A stretch of 49,237 nucleotides of DNA from an uncultured Alphaproteobacteria bacterium (GCA_944390835.1 CALXQT010000021.1:1-49237); one strand, 5' to 3'; counted from the first letter of the stretch, positions 1 to 10,685 are shown. Program-made: numbers and translations. The notes: generated by a model from the letters alone, not told the origin.

Positions 1-419
1 AATTAAAGGGGATTGTTAAATTAGTTGTCCCCGCGAAGCAGGCTAATCCTGCGCCACCAATTGGACCGGCGTTGGGTGCTGCTGGTGTAAACATTGCAGA
101 ATTCTGCAAACAGTTTAACGATAAAACGGCTGATAAAGAACCAGGAATGCCAATTCCTTGCATTATTACTGTTTATACGGACCGCAGTTTTGAATTTATT
201 ATGAAATTGCCACCTGTATCGTACTATATTAAAAAGGCGTTGAAGCTGAAAATTGGTTCTCATAAACCAGGTCGTGATTTTGTTGGTACAATAACCAAAG
301 CACAAATTCGCGAGATTGCTGAAAATAAGATGCCGGATTTGAATTGCTCTACCATTGAATCTGCTATGAATATTGTTGCGGGTCAATGCCGTTCGATGGG
401 CGTAAAGGTGGAGGAATAA
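1..419 (+). CDS. rplK: 50S ribosomal protein L11, 5'-truncated by window edge (frame begins at nt 3)
   Basis: Translation from nt 3 reads [39 protein letters not shown]..., the conserved L11 N-terminal domain. The TTG at 72 in the ORF track is therefore internal. TAA at 417..419; rplA follows 3 nt later. Confidence 0.95.
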   Translation, partial: LKGIVKLVVPAKQANPAPPIGPALGAAGVNIAEFCKQFNDKTADKEPGMPIPCIITVYTDRSFEFIMKLPPVSYYIKKALKLKIGSHKPGRDFVGTITKAQIREIAENKMPDLNCSTIESAMNIVAGQCRSMGVKVEE

Positions 420-422
420 GAT

Positions 423-1097
423 ATGAAAGCTACAAAAAGACAGCAGACTTGGACAAAATTGGACCAAGACAAAGTTTATTCTTTAGCCGAAGCTATTGAA
501 GCATTGCGTGAATATACATCGAAGAAATTTGATGAGACTTTGGAAGTTGCTATCCGTTTGGGTGTTGATGTTACCAAAGCAGATCAAAACATTCGTGGTA
601 TGGTATCTTTACCAAATGGCACAGGTAAAACAGTTCGTGTTGCTGTGTTCACAGTAAACGCGGCAGATGAAGCGAAGAAAGCTGGTGCTGACGTTGTTGG
701 TGGTGAAGATCTGATTGAAAAAGTTGCAGCGGGTGAAATTAATTTTGACCGTGTAATTGCAACACCAGATATGATGCCAAAGATGTCAAAAATTGCACGT
801 ATTTTGGGGCCAAAAGGTTTAATGCCGAATCCAAAATTGGGTACGGTTACGAACAATGTTGCAGAAGCGGTAGCGACTGCGAAAGCTGGTCAGATTGAAT
901 ATCGTGCGGAAAAGAAGGGTATCATTCACGCCGGTGTAGGTAAAATGTCATTTGCAACTGATAAATTGGTTGAAAATGTAAATGCATTGGTTGAACAGCT
1001 AAAGAAAGTAAAACCTGCATCCGTAAAGGGTCAGTACATTTTGGGTGCCGCTGTTGCGACGACTCAGGGACCTGGATTAAAGGTTGATATAAAATAA
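423..1097 (+). CDS. rplA: 50S ribosomal protein L1
   Basis: 224-aa product with typical L1 sequence (VAIRLGVD..., GMVSLPNGTGK, ATPDMMP, LGPKGLMPNPK.GTVT). GGAGG lies upstream of ATG 423. Canonical position after rplK. Confidence 0.95.
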   Translation: MKATKRQQTWTKLDQDKVYSLAEAIEALREYTSKKFDETLEVAIRLGVDVTKADQNIRGMVSLPNGTGKTVRVAVFTVNAADEAKKAGADVVGGEDLIEKVAAGEINFDRVIATPDMMPKMSKIARILGPKGLMPNPKLGTVTNNVAEAVATAKAGQIEYRAEKKGIIHAGVGKMSFATDKLVENVNALVEQLKKVKPASVKGQYILGAAVATTQGPGLKVDIK

Positions 1098-1306
1098 TGA
1101 AATCGCGGTGGGGAAAATTCCTTACCGCGTACAGATTTCTGTCCGAGACTGATGGTGCCCAGAAATGGACTTAATTGCCATCATAGACAAAGAAAAGATT
1201 CTTTGGGGCAGAAGCAGGCCCCACCCGACGGGAACGTTGGATGGAAAGTTTAACAAAACAGGGATTTTGAATTTAGGTTCAGAATCTTGCAGATAAGGGT
1301 AAAGAT
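1098..1306 (+). promoter_or_regulatory. Structured rplJ 5' leader (L10-leader-like autoregulatory candidate)
   Basis: 209-nt spacer before rplJ holds several stems. One is a 10-bp stem, cgcggtgggg/ccttaccgcg, near 1103..1128. One is an 8-bp stem, tgatggtg.../...ttgccatca. One is ggggc-N8-gcccc. The position matches the known L10(L12)4-binding leader of rplJL operons. Family membership was not verified. Confidence 0.35.
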
Positions 1307-1783
1307 ATGAGACGCGAAGAAAAATCAGATTTGATTTCAGCGTTGCAATCGTCCTTGAAAGAAGCGAACGGTGTTTTCGTTATTGAAAACCATGGTTTGA
1401 CTGTAAAAGAAATGGAAGCATTGCGTAATGAATTACGTCCATTGGTTTCTGTATTCAAAGTTGTCAAAAACCGTTTGATGAAGTTGGCGTTAAAAGACAC
1501 TGACTTTGAACCCGTATCCGAAATGATGAAGCGTCCAACTGCTGTTGCTGTTGCAACTGATGGTTTGGCGGTTACCAAAGTATTGGCAAAGTTTGCAGAT
1601 GCACATCCAAACTTGACAATTGTTGGTGGTAAGATGGATGAAGGGGTTCTGAGCAAAGACGATATTTTGCAATTATCCAAACTGCCGTCCCTGTTGGAAA
1701 TTCGTGGTACTATTGCGCGTATCTTGGTTGAACCAGCATCGCGTTTGGCTCGCGTTTCCGCAGAGTATGGAAAAAAGAATTAA
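1307..1783 (+). CDS. rplJ: 50S ribosomal protein L10
   Basis: 158-aa product with L10-like sequence, located between rplA and rplL. ATG 1307 is preceded by AAGGG. Confidence 0.95.
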   Translation: MRREEKSDLISALQSSLKEANGVFVIENHGLTVKEMEALRNELRPLVSVFKVVKNRLMKLALKDTDFEPVSEMMKRPTAVAVATDGLAVTKVLAKFADAHPNLTIVGGKMDEGVLSKDDILQLSKLPSLLEIRGTIARILVEPASRLARVSAEYGKKN

Positions 1784-1832
1784 AAATAACCAGAACGTTA
1801 AAGTTCTGATTTACTGAATAGGAGCTAAAAAA

Positions 1833-2201
1833 ATGGCAGACATTCAAAAATTAGTTGACGAATTGTCAAAATTGACCGTTTTGGAAGCAGTTGAACTGTC
1901 CAAAGCGTTGGAAGAAACTTGGGGCGTAAGCGCTGCTGCTGCTGTTGCAGTTGCTGCTGGTCCAGCTGCAGGTGCTGCTGCAGAAGAAAAGAACGAATTT
2001 GACGTCGTTCTGGCTGAAGTTGGTGCTAACAAATTGGCAGTAATCAAAGCCGTTAAAGAAATGACTGGTTTAGGTTTGGGCGAAGCCAAAGCATTGGTAG
2101 AATCCGCACCAAAGGCAGTTAAAGAAGCTGTTGCTAAAGACGAAGCTGAAAAGATGAAAGCTACGTTGGAAGCGGCAGGTGCAAAGGTAGAATTGAAATA
2201 A
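1833..2201 (+). CDS. rplL: 50S ribosomal protein L7/L12
   Basis: 122 aa with an N-terminal dimerisation helix, an Ala-rich hinge ([19 protein letters not shown]) and the conserved C-terminal domain ([24 protein letters not shown]...KVELK). Confidence 0.96.
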   Translation: MADIQKLVDELSKLTVLEAVELSKALEETWGVSAAAAVAVAAGPAAGAAAEEKNEFDVVLAEVGANKLAVIKAVKEMTGLGLGEAKALVESAPKAVKEAVAKDEAEKMKATLEAAGAKVELK

Positions 2202-2238
2202 TTCACCTTGGAACCTAGTTGTTCCAGAACATTTAAGT

Positions 2239-2293
2239 CGCAGTATATTACTGCGCGAACGCCGCCCATCTGGGGAATTTTCCCTAGGTGGGC
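2239..2293 (+). promoter_or_regulatory. Two stable hairpins in the rplL-rpoB spacer (attenuator / RNA-processing candidate)
   Basis: A 7-bp stem cgcagta-tat-tactgcg sits at 2239..2255. A 13-bp stem gcccatctgggga-attt-tccctaggtgggc (two G-U pairs) sits at 2264..2293. Neither is followed by a T-run. E. coli has an attenuator and RNase III site at the equivalent position. Confidence 0.3.
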
Positions 2294-2361
2294 ACAAAGG
2301 CGTATAAAACATATAGAAATTGTTTCGTTTGCAAAACGCACAAAAAAAAGGATTGATACCA

Positions 2362-5300
2362 ATGGCAATTATCCAGAAATTCAGAAAATCTTTTGGAAAA
2401 AGTTTTTTGCAAACTCCGCTTCCTGATTTAGTTGAAATTCAATATAATTCTTACAAAGATTTCTTGCAGGCAGACGTTGATCCGCAGAACAGAAAGAATA
2501 TTGGTCTGCAGAATGTATTTTCATCTATGTTTCCAATCAAAGATTATGCAGGTATTGCAGATTTGGAATTCGTTGAATATACATTAGACAAACCTGTCTA
2601 TAACGAGAAAGAATGTATGCTGCGCAACTTGAATTATTCTAGCAAGTTGAAGCTGAAGCTGAGATTGATTTTGTGGGATATCGCAGAAGACGGCAAAAAA
2701 ACGCTGCGCGATATTAAAGAACAAGAAATATTTATGGGTGAAGTTCCTTTAATGACGGAACGTGGTAGTTTCATTGCTGCCGGTGTAGAACGTGTAATCG
2801 TTTCACAAATGCACCGCGCCCAAGGTGTTGTCTTTGCCACAACCAAGGAAGCAAAAATTGCAGGTAACCCAGTTACGTATACAGCGCGTATCATTCCAGA
2901 ACATGGTAGTTGGATTGACTTTGAAGAATCTAAGGGTGTAATTTACGTTCGCATTGATCGCCGTCGTAAGATTCCTGCAACTGTTTTATTACGTTGTCTG
3001 CCGTCTGCAGAAGATGAAAAAAAGTGGCAGGCGGATCCTCGTAAACCGGCCATTCGTGGTATGGATGATACGGAAATCTTAAGCGTATTTTATAAACGTA
3101 TCCCATTGAAGTTTAATGGTAATATGTGGATTGGTCAGACGGCTTCTTTTGAGGGTTTAGATAAATATCGCTTAAATTATGATTTGATAAATCCGAAAGA
3201 TAAAAAAGCTTTGGCGTCTAAGGGCGAACGTATGAATGCAAAACGTTTGTCGCGTGTAACGTCTGCTTCGAAAGATTTTGGTATTATTCCTGATTCTTTG
3301 GTTGGAGAATATTTGTTTGATCCAATCTTAGACGCAGAAGGTAATGTTCTTTATCGTTCTGGTACAGAAATTACACCAGATGTGATTGCGGATTTGGAAA
3401 AGTTGAATGTCAAAGAAATATCTTTGATTTCTATTGATAATACAACTATTACTTCACATATGCGCAATACTTTGATTGCAGATAAGACTGTAAACCGTGA
3501 AGAAGCGTTAATTGAAATTTACAATATCATTCGTCCAGGTGAACGTCCAACGCTGGAAGCGGCGATAAACTTGTTTATGCGTCAAGGTTTTGATCCAGCA
3601 TATTATGATTTGTCAGCTGTTGGTCGCTTTAAGTTAAACAAACGTTTGAAAATTGATTCTGGTAAAAAACCAGAAGATGAACGCTTGTTAACTAAATCAG
3701 ACTTTTTGGCGGTATTAAAGACGTTAACAAATATCATTGATCATAAAGATACAATTGATGATATTGATAACTTATCAAATCGTCGCATTCGTACGGTTGG
3801 TGAATTATTAGAACAGACTTTCCGTACAGGTATGGTTCGTATTGAACGTTTGGTTCGTGAAAGTTTGTCTTCACCTAATATTGCAAATATGCAACCGCAG
3901 GATGCAATTAATGTTAAACCTTTGATGTCTTTGATATCAGAATTTTTGGGTACATCTCAGTTGTCTCAATTTATGGATGCGTATAACCCATTATCCGAAT
4001 TAGAGCATAAACGTCGTATTTCTGCGCTAGGTCCTGGTGGATTAAACCGTGAACGTGCGGGTATCGATGTTCGAGACGTTCATCCTACTCATTATGGTAG
4101 ATTGTGTCCAATTAACACACCAGAAGGTGCGAATATCGGTCTGATTAATCACTTGGCAACATATGCGCGCGTAAATCCTTATGGGTTTATTGAAACGCCT
4201 TATTATGTTGTAGAGAAAAGTAAGATTACAGATAAGATGGTATATCTGACGGCGGATGAAGAGTTGGGACATAAAATTGCTCAAGGTAATACACCGACAA
4301 CGGCAAATGGTGTTTTGGCAGAAGATGTCGTAACAGCACGTGTTGACGGTGAATTTACAATGGTTCCAAAAGAAGAAATTGACCTGATTGACGTTGAACC
4401 ACGTCAGGTTGTGTCCATTGCAACCGGTTTAATACCGTTCGTTGAAAACGATGACGCGAACCGTGCGTTGATGGGATCTAACATGCAACGTCAGGCGATA
4501 CCTTTAATGCGTGTACAAGCACCATTGGTTGGTACGGGTATCGAACGTGAAGTTGCGCGTGATTCTCGTACAGGCGTTGTTGCAAAACACAGCGGTGTTG
4601 TTGAATCTGTCGATGCAAATCGTATCGTGGTTAAATGTATGAACAGCCGCAACGTTGTGACAGGGGTTGATATTTATAACTTGGAAAAGTTTGAACGCAG
4701 TAACAGTGAAACTTTGATTCATCAGAAACCTTTGGTAAAAGTCGGTGATCGTGTTTCAGCGGGTGATATTATTGCGGACGGTTCTTCTATGAATTATGGC
4801 GAACTGGCTTTGGGACGTAACGTCTTAGTAGCTTTTGTTCCATGGCGTGGATATAACTATGAAGACTCTATTGTTATATCTGAACGTATTTCGCGCGATG
4901 ACATATTCACATCTATCAAGATTGTGGAAAAAGAATTTAAGGTGCGTGATACTCAATTAGGGCCAGAAAGCTTGACGCGTGATATTCCAAACGTAAGTGA
5001 AGAGGCGTTAAAGAACTTAGACGAATCCGGTATCATTTATGTCGGGGCACGTGTAAAACAGGGTGATATTTTGGTTGGTCGTGTGTCACCAAAATCTGAG
5101 ACTTTGTTAACACCAGAAGAAGCGTTGTTGCGTAATATCTTTGGTGAAAAGGCCTTGAATGTAAAAGACACTTCTTTACGAGTTGGACCTAATGAAGAGG
5201 GTACTGTTATTGGCGTTAACGTTTTAACGCGTCACGGTGTAAAGAAAGACGAACGTACTCAAATGATTGAACTGCAGAAGATAGAGAAAATAAATAAGGA

Positions 5301-6501
5301 TCGTGAAGAAGAAACGTCCATCATTGAACGTGGTTTTGCCGATCAGATTTTCCAGATTGCAGAAGGTTTAATTATTGATTCTGGTACGGGTAGCTTAAAG
5401 CCTTTTGTTGGTAAGAAACTGACACAAGAAGTGTTTGAAGGCATTAAACCTGCTGACGTAAAGAAATTGGTTGTACGTAATAAAGAAGCCCAGGCAAAGA
5501 TTGACGATTTGCGTGAACAGCATATCGCAAAGTTAAAAGCTTTGAATGAAAAGGCTGACTCTGAAATTGCAAAGACGACAGAAACAAACTCTTTGGGTGC
5601 TGGTGTATTAAAGGTCGTAAAGGTATACATTGCACACAAAATGAAGTTACAGCCTGGAGATAAGATGGCTGGACGGCATGGTAACAAGGGTATTGTATCG
5701 AAGGTCGTTCCAATAGAGGATATGCCATATATGGAAGATGGTACGCCAGTTGATATCGTATTGAATCCGTTAGGTGTGCCAAGCCGTATGAACTTGGGGC
5801 AGATTTTGGAAACTCACCTTGGTATGGCGGCTCGTACTTTAGGGCAGCAAATAGGTGCTGTGCTTGAAGAAGTAAAACAGAAACGTGCTGTAACCGATGA
5901 CTTGCGTACAGTAATGGGTAAGATATACGGTAAAGAAACAGCCGAAAAGTTAGAAAAAATGACTGATACAGATGTTCGTGCAGAAGCTGCGTTGTTGCGC
6001 GATGGTGTTCCTATGGCAACGCCAACGTTTGACGGTGCGACTTCAGAGGACATTAGACGTATGTTGAAACTGGCAAAGTTACCAGAAACAGGTCAATTCA
6101 CTCTGTATGACGGTATGACTGGTGAAAAGTTTGCACGTCCGGTAACGGTTGGTGTTATGTACATGCTGAAACTGCATCACTTGGTTGATGAAAAGATTCA
6201 CGCACGTTCTGTTGGTAATTATTCTTTGGTAACGCAACAGCCGTTGTCTGGTAAAGCCCATATGGGTGGTCAGCGTTTAGGTGAAATGGAAGTGTGGGCG
6301 TTGGAGGCTCATGGTGCCGCACACTTACTGCGCGAAATGTTGACTGTTAAGTCAGATGATATTACAGGACGTACGAAAATGTATGAAGCGGTTATCTCTG
6401 GCAGTAATGATTTCCAGACTGGTACCCCAGAAGCGTTCAATGTATTTGTTCGTGAACTGCGTGGTTTAGGTTTGGCGTTAACACCAAAGAAAGTAGACTA
6501 G
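2362..6501 (+). CDS. rpoB: DNA-directed RNA polymerase subunit beta
   Basis: 1379 aa from ATG 2362 (MAIIQKFRKSFGK..., AAGGA about 9 nt upstream). Conserved beta motifs are present throughout (e.g. GRHGNKGIVSKV, NLGQILETHLG, GGQRLGEMEVWALEAHGAA). The TTG at 2320 in the ORF track is a less likely start. The stop is TAG. Confidence 0.97.
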   Translation: MAIIQKFRKSFGKSFLQTPLPDLVEIQYNSYKDFLQADVDPQNRKNIGLQNVFSSMFPIKDYAGIADLEFVEYTLDKPVYNEKECMLRNLNYSSKLKLKLRLILWDIAEDGKKTLRDIKEQEIFMGEVPLMTERGSFIAAGVERVIVSQMHRAQGVVFATTKEAKIAGNPVTYTARIIPEHGSWIDFEESKGVIYVRIDRRRKIPATVLLRCLPSAEDEKKWQADPRKPAIRGMDDTEILSVFYKRIPLKFNGNMWIGQTASFEGLDKYRLNYDLINPKDKKALASKGERMNAKRLSRVTSASKDFGIIPDSLVGEYLFDPILDAEGNVLYRSGTEITPDVIADLEKLNVKEISLISIDNTTITSHMRNTLIADKTVNREEALIEIYNIIRPGERPTLEAAINLFMRQGFDPAYYDLSAVGRFKLNKRLKIDSGKKPEDERLLTKSDFLAVLKTLTNIIDHKDTIDDIDNLSNRRIRTVGELLEQTFRTGMVRIERLVRESLSSPNIANMQPQDAINVKPLMSLISEFLGTSQLSQFMDAYNPLSELEHKRRISALGPGGLNRERAGIDVRDVHPTHYGRLCPINTPEGANIGLINHLATYARVNPYGFIETPYYVVEKSKITDKMVYLTADEELGHKIAQGNTPTTANGVLAEDVVTARVDGEFTMVPKEEIDLIDVEPRQVVSIATGLIPFVENDDANRALMGSNMQRQAIPLMRVQAPLVGTGIEREVARDSRTGVVAKHSGVVESVDANRIVVKCMNSRNVVTGVDIYNLEKFERSNSETLIHQKPLVKVGDRVSAGDIIADGSSMNYGELALGRNVLVAFVPWRGYNYEDSIVISERISRDDIFTSIKIVEKEFKVRDTQLGPESLTRDIPNVSEEALKNLDESGIIYVGARVKQGDILVGRVSPKSETLLTPEEALLRNIFGEKALNVKDTSLRVGPNEEGTVIGVNVLTRHGVKKDERTQMIELQKIEKINKDREEETSIIERGFADQIFQIAEGLIIDSGTGSLKPFVGKKLTQEVFEGIKPADVKKLVVRNKEAQAKIDDLREQHIAKLKALNEKADSEIAKTTETNSLGAGVLKVVKVYIAHKMKLQPGDKMAGRHGNKGIVSKVVPIEDMPYMEDGTPVDIVLNPLGVPSRMNLGQILETHLGMAARTLGQQIGAVLEEVKQKRAVTDDLRTVMGKIYGKETAEKLEKMTDTDVRAEAALLRDGVPMATPTFDGATSEDIRRMLKLAKLPETGQFTLYDGMTGEKFARPVTVGVMYMLKLHHLVDEKIHARSVGNYSLVTQQPLSGKAHMGGQRLGEMEVWALEAHGAAHLLREMLTVKSDDITGRTKMYEAVISGSNDFQTGTPEAFNVFVRELRGLGLALTPKKVD

Positions 6502-6509
6502 TTTATTTT

Positions 6510-6537
6510 GATCGACATCTTTTTTAAGATGTCGATC
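6510..6537 (+). promoter_or_regulatory. Perfect 10-bp hairpin in rpoB-rpoC spacer (processing/attenuation candidate)
   Basis: gatcgacatc-ttttttaa-gatgtcgatc. It is followed by an A-run rather than a T-run, so it is not a classical terminator. Confidence 0.25.
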
Positions 6538-6575
6538 AGAAAAAACACTTTTAGCGACTGAAAGGAGCAAAATAT

Positions 6576-8732
6576 ATGACCAATATGTTGCAGAAGATAT
6601 TTGGACAGATTGAAACCAAGGAACAATTTGACGCGCTGCGCATCACAATTGCGTCACCAGAAGAAATTCTTTCTTGGTCTCATGGTGAAGTAAAAAAACC
6701 AGAAACAATTAACTATCACTCTTTGAAACCAGAGCCAGATGGATTGTTCTGTCAGCAAATTTTTGGTCCTGTAAAGGACTATGAATGTGCGTGCGGAAAA
6801 TATAAAAGAATAAAGTTCCGTGGTGTGGTATGTGAACGCTGTGGGGTTGAGGTTGGCCCATCTAATGTTCGTCGTGAACGTATGGGGCACATTAAATTGG
6901 CTATGCCGGTTGCTCACACATGGTTCCTGCGTGAAGGTAAAATTGCAACGTTGCTGAATAATTTGCCACAGAAAAAATTAGAGCAGGTTATTTCTTATGA
7001 TGCGTACATTGTCATTGAACCTGGACTGACAAGTTTGAAGCAATATGATGTTATCAGTGAAGACGAATATCAGAAAGCCGTTGAAGAATTTGGTGCGGAT
7101 GCATTTCATGTCGGTATTGGAGCCGAAGGTGTAAGAAGCATAATCGCTAATCTTGATATGGGTGACGAACGCACTCGTTTACGTGCAGAATTAGCAGAAA
7201 CAAAATCTGATTCAAAACGTAAAGGTTTAATCAAACAATTAAAGTTGGTTGAAGCATTCTTGGATTCTAAAACAGATCCTGCTTGGATGCTGCCTGATAT
7301 TATTCCTGTTATTCCACCTGATATGCGTCCTTTAGTTACGTTGGATGCGGGGCATGTTGCTGCGTCTGATTTGAACGATTTATATCGGCGTGTTATTATT
7401 CGTAACAATCGTTTAAAAAGATTCATTGAAATGCATGCGCCTGAAATTATCGTACGTAATGAAAAGCGTATGCTACAAGAAGCAGTGGATTCGTTGTTTG
7501 ATAATGGGCACAAGGCACGCCCAATGGTTTCACAGAATCGTCGTCCGTTAAAATCTTTATCTGATTCATTACGCGGTAAGTCAGGGCGGTTCCGTATGAA
7601 CTTGTTGGGTAAACGTGTTGACTATTCTGGTCGTAGCGTAATTGTGTCTGGACCTTCTTTGAAACTACATCAAGTTGGTTTGCCAAAAACGATGGCTTTG
7701 GAATTGTTTAAACCTTTTGTTTATGCTCGTTTAATGGCTGGTGATTACGCCAATACTTTGAAAACAGCGCGCAAGATGGTTGAAAATGGTGAAGACGTCG
7801 TATGGGAAATACTGGAAAAAGTTATACACGAACATCCAGTATTGTTAAACCGTCAGCCGACTTTGCACAGATTGTCTATGTTGGCTTTTGAACCTGTTTT
7901 GATTGAAGGTAAAGCAATTCGTTTGCATCCATTGGTATGTAAGGGCTTTAATGCTGACTTTGACGGTGACCAGATGGCTGTACACGTTCCAATTTCACTG
8001 GAAGCACAATTAGAAGCGCGTACGTTAATGTTATCTTCAAATAACATTTTGTCACCTGCAAACGGTGAACCTATGATCGTTCCGTCCCAAGACATGGTTT
8101 TAGGTGTTTACTATATATCTCTGATTAACGGTGAACACACAGATAAATCGCCTCGTTTTGCGAATATGGACGAAGTGAAGATGGCATTAGAAAATAAGTC
8201 TATCACTTTACACACGCCAATTGTTGCGCGTATCAATGGCAAGATTTACAAAACAACTGCTGGTCGTATGATTTTGGGTGAATTGTTACCGAAGTCTGAC
8301 AATATGCCATTTGATTTGGTGAATAAAGTTATGCCTGCTGGTGAAATTAAGTCTTTGTTGGCCACAACATATGAACGTTGCGGTGACAAGGCAACAATTT
8401 TATTGGCTGACGCGTTAAAGGATACGGGATTTGAACAGGCTGCGCGCAGTGGTATTTCTATCGGTTATGATGATATCGTCATTCCAGAAGAGAAAAAACA
8501 AATTATTGCGGAAACAGAGAAAGCGGCCGAAGAAATCAATGAACAATATCAAAACGGTTTATTATCTGGCGGTGAAAAGCATAATAAGTTAATTGACTTA
8601 TGGCAGAATACAGCAGATAAGATAGGTGACTTAGCGTATGCCGCGCTTGGTAAAACTACGGGTGATAATTGGAATTCTATTTATATGATGGCAGTTTCAA
8701 AGGCCCGTGGTTCAAAAAGTCAGATTCAGTAG
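6576..8732 (+). CDS. rpoC: DNA-directed RNA polymerase subunit beta-prime, N-terminal 718 codons, ending at an in-frame TAG
   Basis: AAAGGAG lies upstream of ATG 6576. A Zn-finger region ([23 protein letters not shown]) and the catalytic [12 protein letters not shown] (7950..) are present. The ORF stops at TAG 8730..8732 in the middle of conserved sequence. Confidence 0.9.
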   Translation: MTNMLQKIFGQIETKEQFDALRITIASPEEILSWSHGEVKKPETINYHSLKPEPDGLFCQQIFGPVKDYECACGKYKRIKFRGVVCERCGVEVGPSNVRRERMGHIKLAMPVAHTWFLREGKIATLLNNLPQKKLEQVISYDAYIVIEPGLTSLKQYDVISEDEYQKAVEEFGADAFHVGIGAEGVRSIIANLDMGDERTRLRAELAETKSDSKRKGLIKQLKLVEAFLDSKTDPAWMLPDIIPVIPPDMRPLVTLDAGHVAASDLNDLYRRVIIRNNRLKRFIEMHAPEIIVRNEKRMLQEAVDSLFDNGHKARPMVSQNRRPLKSLSDSLRGKSGRFRMNLLGKRVDYSGRSVIVSGPSLKLHQVGLPKTMALELFKPFVYARLMAGDYANTLKTARKMVENGEDVVWEILEKVIHEHPVLLNRQPTLHRLSMLAFEPVLIEGKAIRLHPLVCKGFNADFDGDQMAVHVPISLEAQLEARTLMLSSNNILSPANGEPMIVPSQDMVLGVYYISLINGEHTDKSPRFANMDEVKMALENKSITLHTPIVARINGKIYKTTAGRMILGELLPKSDNMPFDLVNKVMPAGEIKSLLATTYERCGDKATILLADALKDTGFEQAARSGISIGYDDIVIPEEKKQIIAETEKAAEEINEQYQNGLLSGGEKHNKLIDLWQNTADKIGDLAYAALGKTTGDNWNSIYMMAVSKARGSKSQIQ

Positions 8733-8741
8733 GTTGCTGGT

Positions 8742-10685
8742 ATGCGTGGTATGATGCAGAAGCCGGACGGATCTATTATTGAAGTTCCTATTATTTCGAA
8801 CTTTAAGGAAGGTTTAACAATGGCGGAATACTTTACGTCAACCCATGGTGCGCGTAAAGGTATGTCAGATACGGCTTTGAAAACTGCTGACGCTGGTTAC
8901 TTGACGCGTCGTTTGGTCGAGTTGGCTCAGAATACAGTTATTACAGAACATGACTGTGGAACAACAGAATATATTACAGCAAAACCTGTATATCAGGGCA
9001 GTACATTAGCGGTTCCATTAGGTGACGTCGTTTTGGGACGTACTGCAGCGCATGATATTGTTCATCCAATTACCAAGGAAGTAATCGTTCCAGCTGGTGA
9101 ATTGGTAACGAAAGTAGCTGCACGTAAGATTAACGAATCTGGTTTACCAAGCGTTGACGTTCGTAGCGTTTTAACTTGTTGCAGTGACGGTTTGTGCGCG
9201 AAGTGTTATGGTATGGATTTGTCTCGTCAGGCGTCGGTTCACGTTGGTGAATCTGTAGGCGTTATAGCTGGACAGTCAATTGGTGAACCTGGTACGCAGC
9301 TAACGTTACGTACATTCCACATCGGTGGTGTTGCGTCAGGTGGGGCAGAAAGTCACTTTATAGAAGTTCCTGTAGCGGGTACTGTAAAACTGTCTGGTGT
9401 TAATACGATTAAAAATTCTGCGGGACGTATCGTTGTATTGTCTCGTAACGGAGAACTAGCAATCGTTAATAATAAGGGCGAAAAACAGTTTTCTACTAAA
9501 TTACCATACGCTGCTATGTTGATAGTAAGTGACGGCGATAAGGTAGAAAAAGGTGCAAAAGTTGCTGAATGGGATCCATATGCAAATACAATAATCGCTG
9601 AAAAGGACGGTATTGTACAGTTCCAAGACTTGGTTGAAAATGTTTCTTATCAGGAAGAAGTTGATTCAACAACGGGTATTGTTTCTCGTAGAGTTATAAA
9701 TTGGAAGGCAAATACAAAGAAAGCTTTGAATCCTGCAATAACTTTAGTTGATGACAAGGGGCAGGTTATTTCTTTGGGCGGTAAAAAGACTGCAGAGTAT
9801 TTGTTACCTATGTATTCAATCTTGAACGTATCAAATGGTGCAAAGGTGTCTGCGGGTGATATATTGGCAAGAATACCTGTTCAGACAAAGCGTACAGGTG
9901 ATATTACTGGTGGTTTGCCGCGTGTTAACGAATTATTAGAAGTTCGTCGTCCTTCAAATCCTGCATTGTTGGCGGAAGTTGACGGTACGATTGAATTAGA
10001 AGACGCGAAGTCAAAGATAATAATTCGCATCATGCCAGATGACGGAACTGCACCTGTTGAATATGCTGTGCCAAAGGGTACAAATTTACTGGTCCGCAGC
10101 GGTGATACTGTTAAAAAAGCTGACAAACTGGTTGATGGAGATCCAGTGCCACAGGATATTTTGCGTATATTGGGGCAAAAAGCCTTGGCGACATTCATGG
10201 TCGAACAAATTCAGCAAGTTTATCGCTTACAGGGCGTGTCAATTAACGACAAACATATAGAAATTCTGATACGTGAAATGACCCGTCGTGTTGAAATCAC
10301 GAATCCTGGTGATACGGGCTTCTTGATGGGACAGGTTGTCGATCGTGTGGATTTTGAAGAAGAAAACGCTCGCGTTGTTCGTGACGGCGGTAAAGCTGCA
10401 GAGGCTTCTCAAGTATTGGTTGGATTGACTCGTGCGTCTTTAACAAGTCGTTCGTTCATATCTAATGCGTCGTTCCAGCAGACCACAAAAGTCTTAGTAG
10501 ATGCAGCTATTAGTGGCGCAATAGATAAGCTGGTCGGTATAAACGAAAACTTGATAGTAGGTCGTTTAATACCTGTTGGGACTGGTGCCTATGTACGTCG
10601 TGTACGTGAAATTGCCAAAGAAGAAGAAAAGGCTGAAAAATTGGCACGTGAAGGTAACGCACAACAGCAGTTGCTGGATATCTAG
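8742..10685 (+). CDS. rpoC: DNA-directed RNA polymerase subunit beta-prime, C-terminal part (same frame as 6576..8732; homology resumes at 8733)
   Basis: Translation [20 protein letters not shown]...[28 protein letters not shown]... continues beta-prime directly after the TAG. The first ATG in the ORF track is 8742. The stop is TAG at 10683..10685. Confidence 0.9.
   Translation: MRGMMQKPDGSIIEVPIISNFKEGLTMAEYFTSTHGARKGMSDTALKTADAGYLTRRLVELAQNTVITEHDCGTTEYITAKPVYQGSTLAVPLGDVVLGRTAAHDIVHPITKEVIVPAGELVTKVAARKINESGLPSVDVRSVLTCCSDGLCAKCYGMDLSRQASVHVGESVGVIAGQSIGEPGTQLTLRTFHIGGVASGGAESHFIEVPVAGTVKLSGVNTIKNSAGRIVVLSRNGELAIVNNKGEKQFSTKLPYAAMLIVSDGDKVEKGAKVAEWDPYANTIIAEKDGIVQFQDLVENVSYQEEVDSTTGIVSRRVINWKANTKKALNPAITLVDDKGQVISLGGKKTAEYLLPMYSILNVSNGAKVSAGDILARIPVQTKRTGDITGGLPRVNELLEVRRPSNPALLAEVDGTIELEDAKSKIIIRIMPDDGTAPVEYAVPKGTNLLVRSGDTVKKADKLVDGDPVPQDILRILGQKALATFMVEQIQQVYRLQGVSINDKHIEILIREMTRRVEITNPGDTGFLMGQVVDRVDFEEENARVVRDGGKAAEASQVLVGLTRASLTSRSFISNASFQQTTKVLVDAAISGAIDKLVGINENLIVGRLIPVGTGAYVRRVREIAKEEEKAEKLAREGNAQQQLLDI

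Noticed and set aside
1921-1985. GCT/GCA-rich DNA repeats (also 27520..27560 in mltB) as microsatellites or regulatory repeats
   Set aside because: They encode the normal Ala-rich hinge of L7/L12 and a poly-Ala linker in MltB. This is coding low complexity, not an independent element.
2320-2361. Upstream alternative starts proposed by the ORF track (rpoB 2320, plsX 11393, guaC 20110, OMP 25104, mltB 26610, ldh 31055, speE-like 32433, sodB 34569, porin 39659, hypothetical 39794)
   Set aside because: In each case an internal ATG has a better-placed SD and gives the conserved N-terminus or a proper signal peptide. The extensions are non-conserved and often overlap neighbouring promoters.
21-2368. 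Long antisense or overlapping ORFs in the track (e.g. 21..467, 584..856, 1279..1680, 1844..2368; likewise 15435..15884, 24375..24887, 42614..42898 and many 60-110-aa ORFs inside rpoB/rpoC)
   Set aside because: They lie opposite to, or out of frame within, strongly supported conserved genes. They lack an RBS and give low-complexity or hydrophobic shadow translations typical of antisense frames.
8730-8732. Genome-wide reassignment of TAG to an amino acid (Gln or pyrrolysine) as the explanation for the stop inside rpoC
   Set aside because: TAG ends rpoB (6499..6501), rpoC (10683..10685) and the PLD-family gene (18808..18810) at positions that fit the expected C-termini. TAG therefore behaves as an ordinary stop here. 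No pyl-type genes are visible.
6576-10685. Cyanobacterial/plastid-style rpoC1/rpoC2 split
   Set aside because: The natural split in those lineages lies much closer to the NADFDGD region and has an intergenic spacer with its own RBS. Here the break is about 255 codons after NADFDGD, inside contiguous conserved sequence, with both parts in the same frame and only one stop codon between them.
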